A DNA stretch of 64,000 bases from an uncultured Candidatus Marinamargulisbacteria bacterium (GCA_964643725.1 CAZXTL010000001.1:129041-193040), one strand, 5' to 3'; numbered from the stretch's first letter, positions 28,089-38,422 are shown. The notes: generated by a model from the sequence alone, not told the origin. Numbers and translations are program-made.

Positions 28089-29224
28089 TGCCTAAAGGGC
28101 TTACTTTTTATATCTTTACTTTTGGATGTCAAATGAATAAGAGCGACTCGGAAATACTTTCTGGGTCACTGTTATCAGCTGGATATATTGCCACAGAAGA
28201 TCCGAATATCGCTAATGTTTTAATCTTTAATACTTGTGCAGTTAGAGGCAATGCCGAGAATAGAGTTTTTGCTCGGATGAAAGAGTTTAATTCCTTGAGA
28301 AAGAAGAAAAAAAGGAAACAAGTAATTGTCGTTACTGGATGTGTTCCTCAATATGAAAAAGAAGAGCTTTTAAAGAAATATCCTTTCATTGATGTTGTAA
28401 TTGGAGCTAATTCCTATGAGTATCTTCCGGAGATATTAAGTGAGTGGAATAGGAGTACAGGATCAGTTATTAAAGTTGTTGATAATAAAGATGCTAAAAG
28501 TAGCATAGGTAATATCGATAGAGATAAAAGTATGGACCAGGCCTTTGTGCCAATAATGTATGGTTGTAATAATTTTTGTACCTATTGTATTGTTCCTTAT
28601 ACAAGAGGTCGTGAGGTTAGTAGAACAAAAGAGGATATTTTTACTTCAATAGAGCAACTTTCAAATACGGATTATAAGAAAATTCTGCTGCTTGGTCAGA
28701 ATGTTAATTCTTATGGAAGTGGACTATATGAGAATTATGATTTCGCAGATTTATTGCAAGATATTTTAACTAAATTTTCTTGGTTAGAAAGACTTGATTT
28801 CTTAACATCTCACCCAAAAGATATTACTGATAAACTTATTAGTGTAATAGCTGAAAATGAAAAGTTAGGACGAGAAATACATTTCCCAATTCAGCATGGT
28901 GATGATCGTATTTTGAAGCTAATGAATAGAGGATATTCTGTTGCGCAGTATAAGGAAAAGGTAAATAAATTAAGGGAAAAAGTATCAGGAGTAAGGATTT
29001 CTACTGATTTGATTGTAGGCTTCCCTGGTGAAACTGAAGAAGAATTTAATAATATGGTTAACTTAGTCAAAGAGTTAAGCTTCTATCGAGTAATTACTGC
29101 GGTATATTCGCCGAGGAAAGGCACTAAAGCTGCTGATATGACGCAGCAAGTAGAAGCATCGGTAAAGAAAAGAAGATTGAGTGAACTTAATAAGGTGGTA
29201 AAGGATTTTGCCTTTAAGGGCTAA
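28085..29224 (+). CDS. MiaB/RimO-family radical-SAM methylthiotransferase lacking the C-terminal TRAM domain
   Basis: The MTTase N-terminal domain (FGCQMN...DSE, FNTCAVR) and a radical-SAM CxxxCxxC (CNNFCTYC) are present. It is only 379 aa and ends before where the TRAM domain would start. Confidence 0.7.
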   Translation: MMPKGLTFYIFTFGCQMNKSDSEILSGSLLSAGYIATEDPNIANVLIFNTCAVRGNAENRVFARMKEFNSLRKKKKRKQVIVVTGCVPQYEKEELLKKYPFIDVVIGANSYEYLPEILSEWNRSTGSVIKVVDNKDAKSSIGNIDRDKSMDQAFVPIMYGCNNFCTYCIVPYTRGREVSRTKEDIFTSIEQLSNTDYKKILLLGQNVNSYGSGLYENYDFADLLQDILTKFSWLERLDFLTSHPKDITDKLISVIAENEKLGREIHFPIQHGDDRILKLMNRGYSVAQYKEKVNKLREKVSGVRISTDLIVGFPGETEEEFNNMVNLVKELSFYRVITAVYSPRKGTKAADMTQQVEASVKKRRLSELNKVVKDFAFKG

Positions 29225-29310
29225 AACCTGCTCCTTGAAAAAATAGGGCAAGTATTGTTTAATTAAGCTTTCTATTAGAAGTTTATTGATTTTTGGAAGG
29301 AGCAACATTA

Positions 29311-30273
29311 ATGACAAAAGATTACGGAGTTAACCTGAAGGTTTTTTGTGGCACATCACATCCTAAATTGGGACAAGAGATATCTCAGTATTTAGGCAGT
29401 GACCTTGCAAAATTAAAGGTTTCAAAGTTTAGTTGTGGTGAGATATTTATAACAATAGATGAAACGATTAGAGGAAGTAATGTTTTTCTAATCCAGACCT
29501 GTGGGCATAATGTTAATGAAGATTTAATGGAATTATTTATTACTATCGATGCTTGTAAAAGAGCTAGTGCTAGAAAGATTAATGTTGTTATTCCTCATTT
29601 TGGCTATGCTAGACAAGACAAGAAATCAGGCCCAAGAGAACCTATTAGTGCAAAACTTATGGCAAATCTTATTACTGAAGCTGGTGCAGATAGAGTAATT
29701 ACCATGGACCTTCATGCTGACCAAATCCAAGGTTATTTTGATATTCCTGTAGATCATTTACAAGCGCTACCTCTTTTTGTGAAATACTTCAGTCATAAAA
29801 AGAACGTCGAAAAGGATATGGTAGTTGTTGCTCCAGACACTGGAAGAGCAAAAGCTGCAAAGAAATTTGCTGATAAGATAGGTGCAGAGCTTGCTATTCT
29901 TCATAAAACAAGACCAGAGCATAATAGAGCTGAGATTGTAAATGTTGTTGGTAATGTTGAGAATAAAACAGTACTAATTTATGATGACATGGTTGATACC
30001 GCAGGAAGTGTTACTCAAGGGATTGCTGTTCTTAGAAAACATGGCTGTAATAAAGACATGTATCTAGTTGCTACACATGCCGTATTCTCAGGTCCTGCTA
30101 TAGAGCGACTTAAAGAGGCAAATTTTAAAGAAGTAGTAGTCACTAATACGATACCATTGCCGCCAGGAAAACAGTTCCCTGGGCTTGTAGTTCTTTCTAC
30201 GGCTCCGCTATTTGCTGAAGCTATTCAACGGAATCATAATAACACTTCAATAAGTGAGATTTTTGAGGACTAG
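29311..30273 (+). CDS. prs: ribose-phosphate pyrophosphokinase
   Basis: GGAAGGAG RBS lies upstream of the ATG at 29311. The Prs pattern is present (DLHADQIQGYFDIPVD, PRPP-binding YDDMVDTAGS). Confidence 0.9.
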   Translation: MTKDYGVNLKVFCGTSHPKLGQEISQYLGSDLAKLKVSKFSCGEIFITIDETIRGSNVFLIQTCGHNVNEDLMELFITIDACKRASARKINVVIPHFGYARQDKKSGPREPISAKLMANLITEAGADRVITMDLHADQIQGYFDIPVDHLQALPLFVKYFSHKKNVEKDMVVVAPDTGRAKAAKKFADKIGAELAILHKTRPEHNRAEIVNVVGNVENKTVLIYDDMVDTAGSVTQGIAVLRKHGCNKDMYLVATHAVFSGPAIERLKEANFKEVVVTNTIPLPPGKQFPGLVVLSTAPLFAEAIQRNHNNTSISEIFED

Positions 30274-32645
30274 TTTTTAAGTTCTTTAAGAAAACTTTTT
30301 AAGTTTGTTTTTGTCTCTTCAATAGTTTGGTTTTGACTGGGAACTATCTTTAAACTTATGTAATGTATGTCAGTGTTTGTTTTATCTATACCTGTTTGTA
30401 GATATTCAACTGAGAGATTTAATTCTGATAGAAGCATTAATAGTTGACTTAAAAATATATTTTCTTTTTTACCATCATAAGCCATACAAATAAATGATTG
30501 GTCTTCTATGTCATAAGAAAAAATGTTTATGGGTTTGTTAATAATCTTTTGAGACGTTTGATGTAGTGTTTCAAATTCAATAACATATGGTTGGTTTTTG
30601 GTTACGAGGTCTTTAAGTTTTATTATTGTTTCTGTTGGTGTGTTATTGCTTATTGAGACCTTGTCTACAATAAATCCATTGCTTCCAGTAAAAAATCTGC
30701 GTGTATCGATTTGAATTTGGTGTGATTCACAAAAGTTATGTATATCTTTTGCTAGATTTGCTCTGTCTTTTGAGTAGAAAGTTAGTGTGTTTTTTCCGTC
30801 TGGTCGTTCTTCAAAATGTACAATTACTTGATTGGTATTATTTTCTGACAACAGAGCTAAACAAGCTATACCTTTTGCGTCTTGAGCTATTCCTTCATGG
30901 TCATTGTTGTTGTAGTAACTGTAAGCAGAGCCCATTTGTTCAGCAAATAATGCTAAATATTGATCGTTAGGTTTATTTGTGTCCTTTCTACTATTGGATA
31001 GAACTCCAGCAAATATTTTAAGGCTATCCTTGTTGATGGTTAACCTAGATGCTGAAGCTAAGCCTTCTAGTGATAACCCAACGCTTAGTCTGTCAGCCAT
31101 CATTATTCCCAGTAATTTATCTGGTTCTGGGATAGCTTTTACCATAAGATTAAAAATAGGATTTTTTATGCTTCCTTGTGAATTGTCAACTGCCGTAGGT
31201 AAATTAAATTGAGAGAACGATCTATGTCCCCTTACTAGAGAAGCTAATAGGTTCCTATTTATAATTCCTTCGGGGAAATAGGAGGTTATTGTGTCTAGAT
31301 GTTTAGCTCCGGTTATTTCATGATTAGCACTTCCTAAACATTTACCAATATCATGAAGTAAAGCAGCAAGTATCATAGTGTTTTTTGTTTTTTCATCTTT
31401 AGCAGATATTCTTGCTAAGAATATATATTGAACGAAATTTGAAAAAAGAGACATTGAATCTTTTATATAATAAAGGCTCTCTTCATCAGTAAGTAAATAT
31501 TTAACAATATCAAGATTGTCTTGTTTGATTGCCAATAGTAGATTATTCATTGTTGATATGGTTTGTTTTTTATTTTTTGGCAGAAGAGATATTAGTTCTG
31601 AAAGTATAAAGAATCTATCTGTTTTTAAGTATATGGATAGTTCATCTTTTTTTATATCAGGCAATAAACTATTTAGATAAGGTAGGACTTCTTGATTTGA
31701 TTTATCTGGATTTATTGTTTCAAAGATATCTTTAGAGTCACTTGTAAGAATATTGTCTGATATAGTAATAATTAATTGAATCATTCTAGCTGTTTGAATG
31801 CTGTGTTCCTCAATAGAGAATTGATGAAAATGGTCAAAAGGATAAAGTCCTTTGATTTTATTCCAGTTAACCTCAGAGTGACTGCCGAAGGCTTTTTTTA
31901 ATATACCGCAATCATTTAAATTGGAAAGAGTTTGGTGGATTGTTTTATTTGTTATAGCCAAAGAAAAGATGTTCATTAGTCTTTGTGCAAATAATGGATT
32001 AAGTTTTAAGTTAGTCAAGGAGTTATCGATTAAACTATCTAGTAACGGGGAAGTCCTTAATCCAAGCTGAGCAAGTTTTTCGATAATTTTTAAGGCAGTT
32101 GAAGTTGTAATTGTTAAGGCAGGCGTACTAACCATATTGTTAGGAAGAATATGTAGTTCGGTGTCGTCGACAGTAAGAGTATATTGTGGTTTAGAGTTAT
32201 ATAAGGCATATTCGCTAAGTTTTATTCCCTTAGTGATAGCCTCATTTATAGTTTGTAGTATTAAATTTTGTTCATCTGTTTTTGTAAGGGATTGAAGTTC
32301 AAAAACTAAATCAGGAAATTCCATTGTGTCTATTGTTTCCCCTTTTAGAACTAAAGTATCAATTTTGTATATATCTTTAGGTAAATTTGCCTCATTCATC
32401 ATGTCTCTATATTGGGTACATTTGTCTATTGTGGTAATTGATTTATTTAAGAATAACTCAATGTCCTTAATCTCATTTTGCAACTCAGGAGACAATGTTG
32501 CTCTAAGTAAGGCGTCTTGCACTATTTTAAGTACAGATTTAAGTGGCATGAAAATGCCAGATGGATTATGGTTATTTTTAAAGTTTATAAGATTATTTTT
32601 GGCTGTGGTTAAGCTAGTAGTTAATCCAATAATTTTTCTTTTCAT
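30270..32645 (-). CDS. GlnD-like protein: HD phosphohydrolase domain + two C-terminal ACT-like domains, without a recognisable nucleotidyltransferase domain
   Basis: HD motif is AALLHDIGKCLGSANHEITGAKHLD. Two about 70-aa regulatory-domain-like segments lie at the C-terminus. The N-terminal about 330 aa contain no GS(x9-13)DxD NTase signature. Confidence 0.45.
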   Translation of the reverse strand: MKRKIIGLTTSLTTAKNNLINFKNNHNPSGIFMPLKSVLKIVQDALLRATLSPELQNEIKDIELFLNKSITTIDKCTQYRDMMNEANLPKDIYKIDTLVLKGETIDTMEFPDLVFELQSLTKTDEQNLILQTINEAITKGIKLSEYALYNSKPQYTLTVDDTELHILPNNMVSTPALTITTSTALKIIEKLAQLGLRTSPLLDSLIDNSLTNLKLNPLFAQRLMNIFSLAITNKTIHQTLSNLNDCGILKKAFGSHSEVNWNKIKGLYPFDHFHQFSIEEHSIQTARMIQLIITISDNILTSDSKDIFETINPDKSNQEVLPYLNSLLPDIKKDELSIYLKTDRFFILSELISLLPKNKKQTISTMNNLLLAIKQDNLDIVKYLLTDEESLYYIKDSMSLFSNFVQYIFLARISAKDEKTKNTMILAALLHDIGKCLGSANHEITGAKHLDTITSYFPEGIINRNLLASLVRGHRSFSQFNLPTAVDNSQGSIKNPIFNLMVKAIPEPDKLLGIMMADRLSVGLSLEGLASASRLTINKDSLKIFAGVLSNSRKDTNKPNDQYLALFAEQMGSAYSYYNNNDHEGIAQDAKGIACLALLSENNTNQVIVHFEERPDGKNTLTFYSKDRANLAKDIHNFCESHQIQIDTRRFFTGSNGFIVDKVSISNNTPTETIIKLKDLVTKNQPYVIEFETLHQTSQKIINKPINIFSYDIEDQSFICMAYDGKKENIFLSQLLMLLSELNLSVEYLQTGIDKTNTDIHYISLKIVPSQNQTIEETKTNLKSFLKELKN

Positions 32646-32689
32646 ATAAATATATCGAATTAGGCAACAAGAAGTTGCAGTAAAAAGGA

Positions 32690-34798
32690 TTAGTTAATGA
32701 ATTCGTTAACCCAGTTATCTTGGCTGTTATCAGCCGGAGGAGTTGTAGAAGGTTCTTCGCTTCTTTTTTGAACTTGGTTACTTTTTATTGTGCTAACATC
32801 ATTTGCGTCCTGACCATCATTGTTATTTCTTTTGCCATCTTCCCCTAAAACGGCGTTACCACCACCCATTCCACTGTAATATGGGAAATCAAGCCTAGTA
32901 ATATTTTTTAAGGCAGTATTCATAAATTGTTTCCACATTAGAGCAGGGATATAACCACCTACGACTTTATTCATTGGGGTGTTATCGTCATTACCAACCC
33001 AAGCAGTACAAACAAGTTGGGGTACAAATCCAATAAACCAAGCATCTCTATAGTCTGATGTTGTTCCAGTTTTTCCGGCTACTGGTCTAGGTAGTTTTGC
33101 GTTTTTTCCTGTTCCGTAATCTACAACACCCTTCATCATATCTACAAGTGTATAGACAAGGTTTTGATCGTAAACACGTCTTACGCTCGGTTTATTACTA
33201 TATAATTCAATGCCATTTCTGTCCTCAATTTTTTTAATGTATATTGGTTTTGCAAGCAGTCCTCCAGTTGCAAGAGCTCCATAAGCAGAAGTAAGTTCCA
33301 TCATATAGACTTCTTGTGAACCTAATGCTATTGAAATATATGGCCAGAGTGGTGTTGTTATTCCAAATTGTTTTGCAGTAGCAACAACAGCTTCTGGAGA
33401 CACCATATTAACTAATTTTATAGCGATTGTGTTAATAGACTTTTCTAGTGCTTTACGCATAGTGACTTTTCCTTCGTAAGTTAAATCGTAGTTTGTCGGT
33501 GCATATGGGCCCTGGAAAGTGTTAAAAACTACAGGGGAATCAACTAGGATAGTTCCTGGTGATAGTCTTTTTGAAAGCGCGGTTAAATATACAAATGGCT
33601 TGAATGCTGATCCTGGTTGTCTTTTGGCGTGTATTGTTTTGTTGTAGTGACTCTTAAGAAAATCATAGCCTCCAACCATTGTTACGATATATCCAGTTTT
33701 TGTGTCTATTGCTAACATAGCAGCTTGGCCAAAGTTAAGATTTTGGTTAACGCTTTCTGATACTGCCCATTCTACGGCAGCTTCTGCTTCTTTTTGCATT
33801 TCCCATACTATTGGAGTATAAACCTTGAGCCCTCCATTATATGCTTCTTCTTCTCCATACATACGAACAAGGATGTTAATAACTTCTTGTACAAAATATG
33901 GTGCTCTGTACTTTAATTTTTTACGAGGTGCAATTACTAGAACTTCTTTTTTACTATCAAGGTATTGTTGTCTAGTAATTAATTTAACATCAAGCATTCT
34001 TTTTAAGACCATATCTTTTCTTTTCATGGTGGTAGCAAGTTTTCTGTAAGGAGAAAATGCTTCAGGAGCTTGTAACATCCCAACTAACATGGCACTTTCA
34101 GCAATACTTAAATATGCAGCGCTTTTGCCAAAGTATTGTTGTGTAGCAGATTCTATGCCATATGAATTGTGTCCCCAATATACTTGGTTAAGGTACATAT
34201 GTAGGATTTCTTCCTTGGTATATTGACGTTCTATTTTAATAGCAAGAATAACTTCTGCTACTTTTCTGGAGAATTTTTTCTGTTTAGTAAGGAAAAGGTG
34301 TCTTGCTAATTGTTGAGTTATTGTACTAGCTCCTTGAACCTTTCCACCTTTAATAACATTAACTGTCATTGCTCTTAAAATGCCGATAGGGTCAACTCCA
34401 TGGTGTTCGTAAAATCTAGAATCTTCCATCGCTACAACTGCTTTTTTCATTGTTCCTGATATTTTGGAATATGGAATTGTTATTCTATTTTCTTCTTTGT
34501 GAAGGTCAGCAAGAATAACCCCATCTGCAGAATATATTTTAGTTGTTTGGTTTGGAACAAAAGTAGAGATAACTTTAACATCTGGTAGTGTTTTCAGAAG
34601 GAATAATATATACAAGAAAAGAAGAACTGCAAGAACACCAGCAACCATGGATCCTTTTAAGAAAACATCCATTAAAAATGATTTAAATTTTTCATTTCTT
34701 CTTCTTTGTTGGTGACTTTTAAAACCACTTTTATGTCGTCCAGAAGTTGTTTTTGGTTTTTTTCCTACAGATAACGGTACTCTTCTTTCAAAAACCAC
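32690..34798 (-). CDS. mrcA: class A penicillin-binding protein (bifunctional glycosyltransferase/transpeptidase)
   Basis: GT51 motifs are EDSRFYEHHGVD and GASTITQQLAR. Transpeptidase motifs are SAFKPF, SIN, KTGTT. It has an N-terminal TM anchor. Confidence 0.85.
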   Translation of the reverse strand: MVFERRVPLSVGKKPKTTSGRHKSGFKSHQQRRRNEKFKSFLMDVFLKGSMVAGVLAVLLFLYILFLLKTLPDVKVISTFVPNQTTKIYSADGVILADLHKEENRITIPYSKISGTMKKAVVAMEDSRFYEHHGVDPIGILRAMTVNVIKGGKVQGASTITQQLARHLFLTKQKKFSRKVAEVILAIKIERQYTKEEILHMYLNQVYWGHNSYGIESATQQYFGKSAAYLSIAESAMLVGMLQAPEAFSPYRKLATTMKRKDMVLKRMLDVKLITRQQYLDSKKEVLVIAPRKKLKYRAPYFVQEVINILVRMYGEEEAYNGGLKVYTPIVWEMQKEAEAAVEWAVSESVNQNLNFGQAAMLAIDTKTGYIVTMVGGYDFLKSHYNKTIHAKRQPGSAFKPFVYLTALSKRLSPGTILVDSPVVFNTFQGPYAPTNYDLTYEGKVTMRKALEKSINTIAIKLVNMVSPEAVVATAKQFGITTPLWPYISIALGSQEVYMMELTSAYGALATGGLLAKPIYIKKIEDRNGIELYSNKPSVRRVYDQNLVYTLVDMMKGVVDYGTGKNAKLPRPVAGKTGTTSDYRDAWFIGFVPQLVCTAWVGNDDNTPMNKVVGGYIPALMWKQFMNTALKNITRLDFPYYSGMGGGNAVLGEDGKRNNNDGQDANDVSTIKSNQVQKRSEEPSTTPPADNSQDNWVNEFIN

Positions 34799-34903
34799 TT
34801 AATGTTTCCCTTCATAATATACGAGCTTATTGTCAGTTTTTAGCAGATGCTATATTATCACAAGAGTATTTATTAGTTAATGAGTTTTTAAAAAGGATGT
34901 AGC

Positions 34904-36082
34904 ATGAATACGATTATTAAAGGTTTAGTAGATGTAATAAATGCAGATGATTTAAAGGAATTATTAGCTTCAAATAAGAGATTAAAGGTAAAATGGGGAG
35001 CAGATCCAAGCGCTCCAGACCTTCATTTGGGCCATACTGTAGTGCTTAGGAAATTAAAGATTTTTCAGGGTCTTGGGCATGAAATTATTTTTTTAATAGG
35101 TGATTTTACTGCTATGATTGGAGACCCAACAGGAAAATCTAAAACTAGAAAAGAACTTTCTGAGCAGCAAGTAATTAAGAATGCTGAGACATATCAGGAT
35201 CAGGTATTTAAAGTATTAGATAGGGAAAAAACAACTGTGGTTTATAATTCTACTTGGCTAAGTAAACTCACTGCTAAAGATATTGTGAAACTAACTGCTC
35301 AGTATAATGTTGCCAGAATGTTAGAAAGAGATGACTTTAATAAAAGATTTTCCAATAATGTTTCAATAAGCATACATGAGTTTTTATATCCTTTGTTCCA
35401 GGGATATGATTCTGTAGCTTTGGAAGCAGACATTGAAATGGGTGGTACAGATCAGAAGTTTAATTTACTAGTGGGAAGACATCTTCAGAAGGAATACGGT
35501 CAGAAACCACAGATAGTTCTTACTATGCCTATTCTAGAAGGGCTAGATGGCGTACAGAAGATGAGTAAGAGTTTGGGGAATCATGTCGGCCTAACTGATT
35601 CACCTAATGAAATGTTCGGGAAGTTAATGTCTATTCCTGATGAGTTAATTATTAAGTATTTTGAATTATTAACGGATGTTTCAGATAGCTTAATTGAAAA
35701 AATGAAGAAGCAAATGAAAGATGGCTCTGTCAATCCACGAGATCTTAAGGTTATTTTGGGGAAGACGATTATTGAAATGTACCATTCTAAAGAGGATGCA
35801 GTAAAAGCAGAAGAATATTTTATTACAGCGTTTAGGGATAAGGATATTCCTGCTGATATTCCCGAGATGAATGTTTCTAAAGTTGAAGGAGAACTTACAT
35901 TAATAAATATTATGAAACTAGCGGACATGGCCCCAAGCAACAAAGATATCAAACGATTGTTTGAACAGGGAGCAGTTTCGCTTGACGGCGAAAAGGTCTC
36001 AGACCCTTTTTATTTGCTAGAAACAGGTAAAGAAGTGGTAATTAAGGCAGGCAAAAGAAAATTTCTTAAGATATTGTGGTAA
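34904..36082 (+). CDS. tyrS: tyrosine--tRNA ligase
   Basis: Class I HIGH motif (PDLHLGH) and KMSKS motif are present. Length is about 390 aa. Confidence 0.9.
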   Translation: MNTIIKGLVDVINADDLKELLASNKRLKVKWGADPSAPDLHLGHTVVLRKLKIFQGLGHEIIFLIGDFTAMIGDPTGKSKTRKELSEQQVIKNAETYQDQVFKVLDREKTTVVYNSTWLSKLTAKDIVKLTAQYNVARMLERDDFNKRFSNNVSISIHEFLYPLFQGYDSVALEADIEMGGTDQKFNLLVGRHLQKEYGQKPQIVLTMPILEGLDGVQKMSKSLGNHVGLTDSPNEMFGKLMSIPDELIIKYFELLTDVSDSLIEKMKKQMKDGSVNPRDLKVILGKTIIEMYHSKEDAVKAEEYFITAFRDKDIPADIPEMNVSKVEGELTLINIMKLADMAPSNKDIKRLFEQGAVSLDGEKVSDPFYLLETGKEVVIKAGKRKFLKILW

Positions 36083-36429
36083 GAAAATTAATTCTAGTAG
36101 GTGGATTAGCTGGCTTTTTGTCAGGTCTTTTAGGCATTGGTGGTGGAGTTATAATTGTCCCTGCTATGGTTTTCTTAATGGGTTATTCGCAGAAAGAGGC
36201 CCAAGGCACTTCGGTTTTAATAATGTTTTTTTTAGGCATTATTGGTGTTTTAGCTTATTCTATTTTTTCAGTTAAATTAGATTTTCATATAGTATCAATC
36301 TTGACAGCAGGTGGCTTTATTGGTGCATTGGCAGGCAGTATGCTTGCTCAAAAAATGGATACATCTTCATTAAAGAAAGTATTTGCTTTATATATTTGTT
36401 ATGCAGGGATAAGGATTTTCTTAATATGA
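36076..36429 (+). CDS. half-size TSUP (TauE/SafE, DUF81) 4-TM transporter subunit
   Basis: It is 117 aa with a GxGGG motif ([12 protein letters not shown]) as in TSUP repeat units. It has a GTG start overlapping the tyrS stop. Confidence 0.5.
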   Translation: MVRKLILVGGLAGFLSGLLGIGGGVIIVPAMVFLMGYSQKEAQGTSVLIMFFLGIIGVLAYSIFSVKLDFHIVSILTAGGFIGALAGSMLAQKMDTSSLKKVFALYICYAGIRIFLI

Positions 36430-36770
36430 TTGTATTATTCATGGCAGGATTATTGGGAGGATTTATTTCTGGATTAATGGCAGTTGGTACTGCAGCAATC
36501 TATGTCCCATTAATGTTGTATTTGGGTTATGGTCAATTGTTTGCTCAAAGCATTGCTCTTTGGATGATAGTTCCTGCTTCTTTTATAAGTATATTTGTGT
36601 ACTATAAACATGGAACAATTAAGGTGAAAGGTTCTTTGATATTGCTTATCCCTGCGATTTTAGCTTCTTTAGTGGGAAGTTATATGGCTAGCATTTTGCC
36701 TGTTATTGTTTTGAGAAAATTGTTTGGTATTTGTATGGTTTATATTGCTTATAAGGTATGGAGAAGTTAA
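36426..36770 (+). CDS. second half-size TSUP (TauE/SafE) 4-TM subunit
   Basis: It is 114 aa and shows second-repeat-like motifs (GLMAVGTAAIYVP). ATG/TGA overlap indicates coupling with the preceding half gene. Confidence 0.5.
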   Translation: MIVLFMAGLLGGFISGLMAVGTAAIYVPLMLYLGYGQLFAQSIALWMIVPASFISIFVYYKHGTIKVKGSLILLIPAILASLVGSYMASILPVIVLRKLFGICMVYIAYKVWRS

Positions 36771-36820
36771 CCTCTCCCCGCAGAAGACACTTTTATTTAC
36801 TTAGGAACTAGGATGCTGCG

Positions 36821-36854
36821 ACCCTCTCCATTTCATAAATGAAAAGGAGAGGGT
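36821..36854 (+). terminator. long near-perfect hairpin (16-bp stem, 2-nt loop) about 50 nt after the TSUP pair, followed by a U-rich tract
   Basis: The arms accctctccatttcat / atgaaaaggagagggt pair with one mismatch. It is followed by ...attatttatttt. Confidence 0.4.
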
Positions 36855-37173
36855 AACGGCACCATTATTTATTTTAAGATACTTATAGCTTCCGTGGGAG
36901 AGGTTCGTCGAAATATCTATGATTTTATATTTGCTCAGATAACTCCGGGACAATTTTTTAAAATTTTTTAAAAAACTACCCCCGAGTAATGTTTGAACGA
37001 CTTAAATTGCAGAAATTTTGAAGTCATTTAACGATAACGAATAAAAAGAAGATAGTGTCGCAATGCTCCCGCAGGTTGAAAAATATATATTGAAAACAGT
37101 AATGAATAAAAGGGTGACAAAAAATTTCCCAAATTTAAGGAAGTGAGTTTTATTAGGGGGTGAGGGGATATAT

Positions 37174-37192
37174 AAGGGGCGCGGAGCCCCTT
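37174..37192. other. GC-rich hairpin (aaggggc-gcgga-gcccctt) 10 nt past the stop of the minus-strand gene 37202..37618
   Basis: Read directly from the sequence. No U-tract follows on either strand, so its terminator status is uncertain. Confidence 0.3.
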
Positions 37193-37201
37193 ATTAAAAG
37201 C

Positions 37202-37618
37202 TTATTCGTTTTCTAAATGCCAGAGAAACTCATAGCAGATATCTGCTACAAAGAATTGTGCTAAATGGATAAAAGTAGTTTTATATGGATTCTCATCCTT
37301 GTTGAACTGTAGTCCAAACTTAAACGCTTGTCCTAAATAATTTTTGAATTTATCTGTAAGAATTGCTTTTTGAAAATATTCTTTAATGTCTTCCATTGGA
37401 GTTTTGAGCTTATATAGCTCAGTATATATTATTGCTTGAAGTCGGTCTTTTTCAGCATTTCTTTCTTCTTCTGGTGCTTTTTTTATGTTTAGAATCTGCT
37501 CTTGAATGGCATCTATTTTGATAAGTGACTCATAATCAAAAGGTAGTAAATGAAAATTTACATATCTATTGTTATCTAAAGTCTTTTGTAAAAATTTTTG
37601 TACTTTTTGATCGTTCAT
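37202..37618 (-). CDS. hypothetical protein (138 aa), last gene of the motA-motB-like operon
   Basis: It is co-directional with the MotB-like gene and separated from it by 21 bp. No known motif is present. Confidence 0.4.
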   Translation of the reverse strand: MNDQKVQKFLQKTLDNNRYVNFHLLPFDYESLIKIDAIQEQILNIKKAPEEERNAEKDRLQAIIYTELYKLKTPMEDIKEYFQKAILTDKFKNYLGQAFKFGLQFNKDENPYKTTFIHLAQFFVADICYEFLWHLENE

Positions 37619-37639
37619 AGCATGTTTAGTATAGCTTAT

Positions 37640-38422
37640 TTAGGGAGTGGGTTCAACATTATCTTCTAAGGTTTTCATTATTCCACCTCTTTTGAAGACA
37701 ATCTCTACTCTTCTATTCATTGATCTGCCAGAGTCAGTGGTATTGTTAGCAACAGGTCTGAACTCTCCAAATCCTTCTGCTGAAAGCCTATCTGCGGAGA
37801 TGCCTTTAGAGATAAAGTATTTAATGACATTACAAGCGCGTAGTGTGGAGAGCTCCCAATTAGATGGGAATCTTATCGTTTCAATTGGGGTGTTGTCAGT
37901 ATGTCCTTCAATTAAGATTGGATAGGGGAAGGTTTGAAATAGCTCCATTAGATAGTTTAATATTATTCTGCTTTGAGGTGTCAAATTATCGTCGCCATTT
38001 TTAAAGAGCATACTGTCAGAGATATTAATAACTACACCTCTTTCATCTATGTATGCTTTTACAATATTTTGAAGTTGATGTTGGAAGATGAAAATGTTGA
38101 TATTTTTTAGTATTTCATCTAGTTTTTTAGTAAGTATATCATTTATTGAAGTTAGATTTGATCCATCAAGACTAAAGTTTTCACTTACTATTGTTCCTGT
38201 TTCAAGTTTTGATTCAGTTCCGTATGTTTTGCGAAGTGAACCAGAAAGAGAAATGTATTTGTCTGCATCTATTTTAGACATTGAATATAGCAGTATAAAG
38301 AAAGTTAAAAGCAAAGTCATTAAATCTGCAAAGGTTAGGAACCAATCACCAGTTGGTTCATCATTGTCGTCAGATGGTAACTCTAGCCAAGAGTCATTTG
38401 CTAAATCATCGTCATTATTCAT
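37640..38422 (-). CDS. MotB/PomB-like stator protein (OmpA-type peptidoglycan-binding domain)
   Basis: A single N-terminal TM carries the conserved Asp (WFLTFADLMTLLLTFFILL). The OmpA-like C-terminus reads EGHTDNTP...SNWELSTLRA...NRRVEIV. Confidence 0.7.
   Translation of the reverse strand: MNNDDDLANDSWLELPSDDNDEPTGDWFLTFADLMTLLLTFFILLYSMSKIDADKYISLSGSLRKTYGTESKLETGTIVSENFSLDGSNLTSINDILTKKLDEILKNINIFIFQHQLQNIVKAYIDERGVVINISDSMLFKNGDDNLTPQSRIILNYLMELFQTFPYPILIEGHTDNTPIETIRFPSNWELSTLRACNVIKYFISKGISADRLSAEGFGEFRPVANNTTDSGRSMNRRVEIVFKRGGIMKTLEDNVEPTP

Noticed and set aside
34799-34903. T-box riboswitch leader upstream of tyrS
   Set aside because: The intergenic region is only about 105 bp and is shared with the divergent PBP1A promoter. 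That is too short for a T-box, and no T-box consensus (AGGGUGGNACCGCG) is seen.
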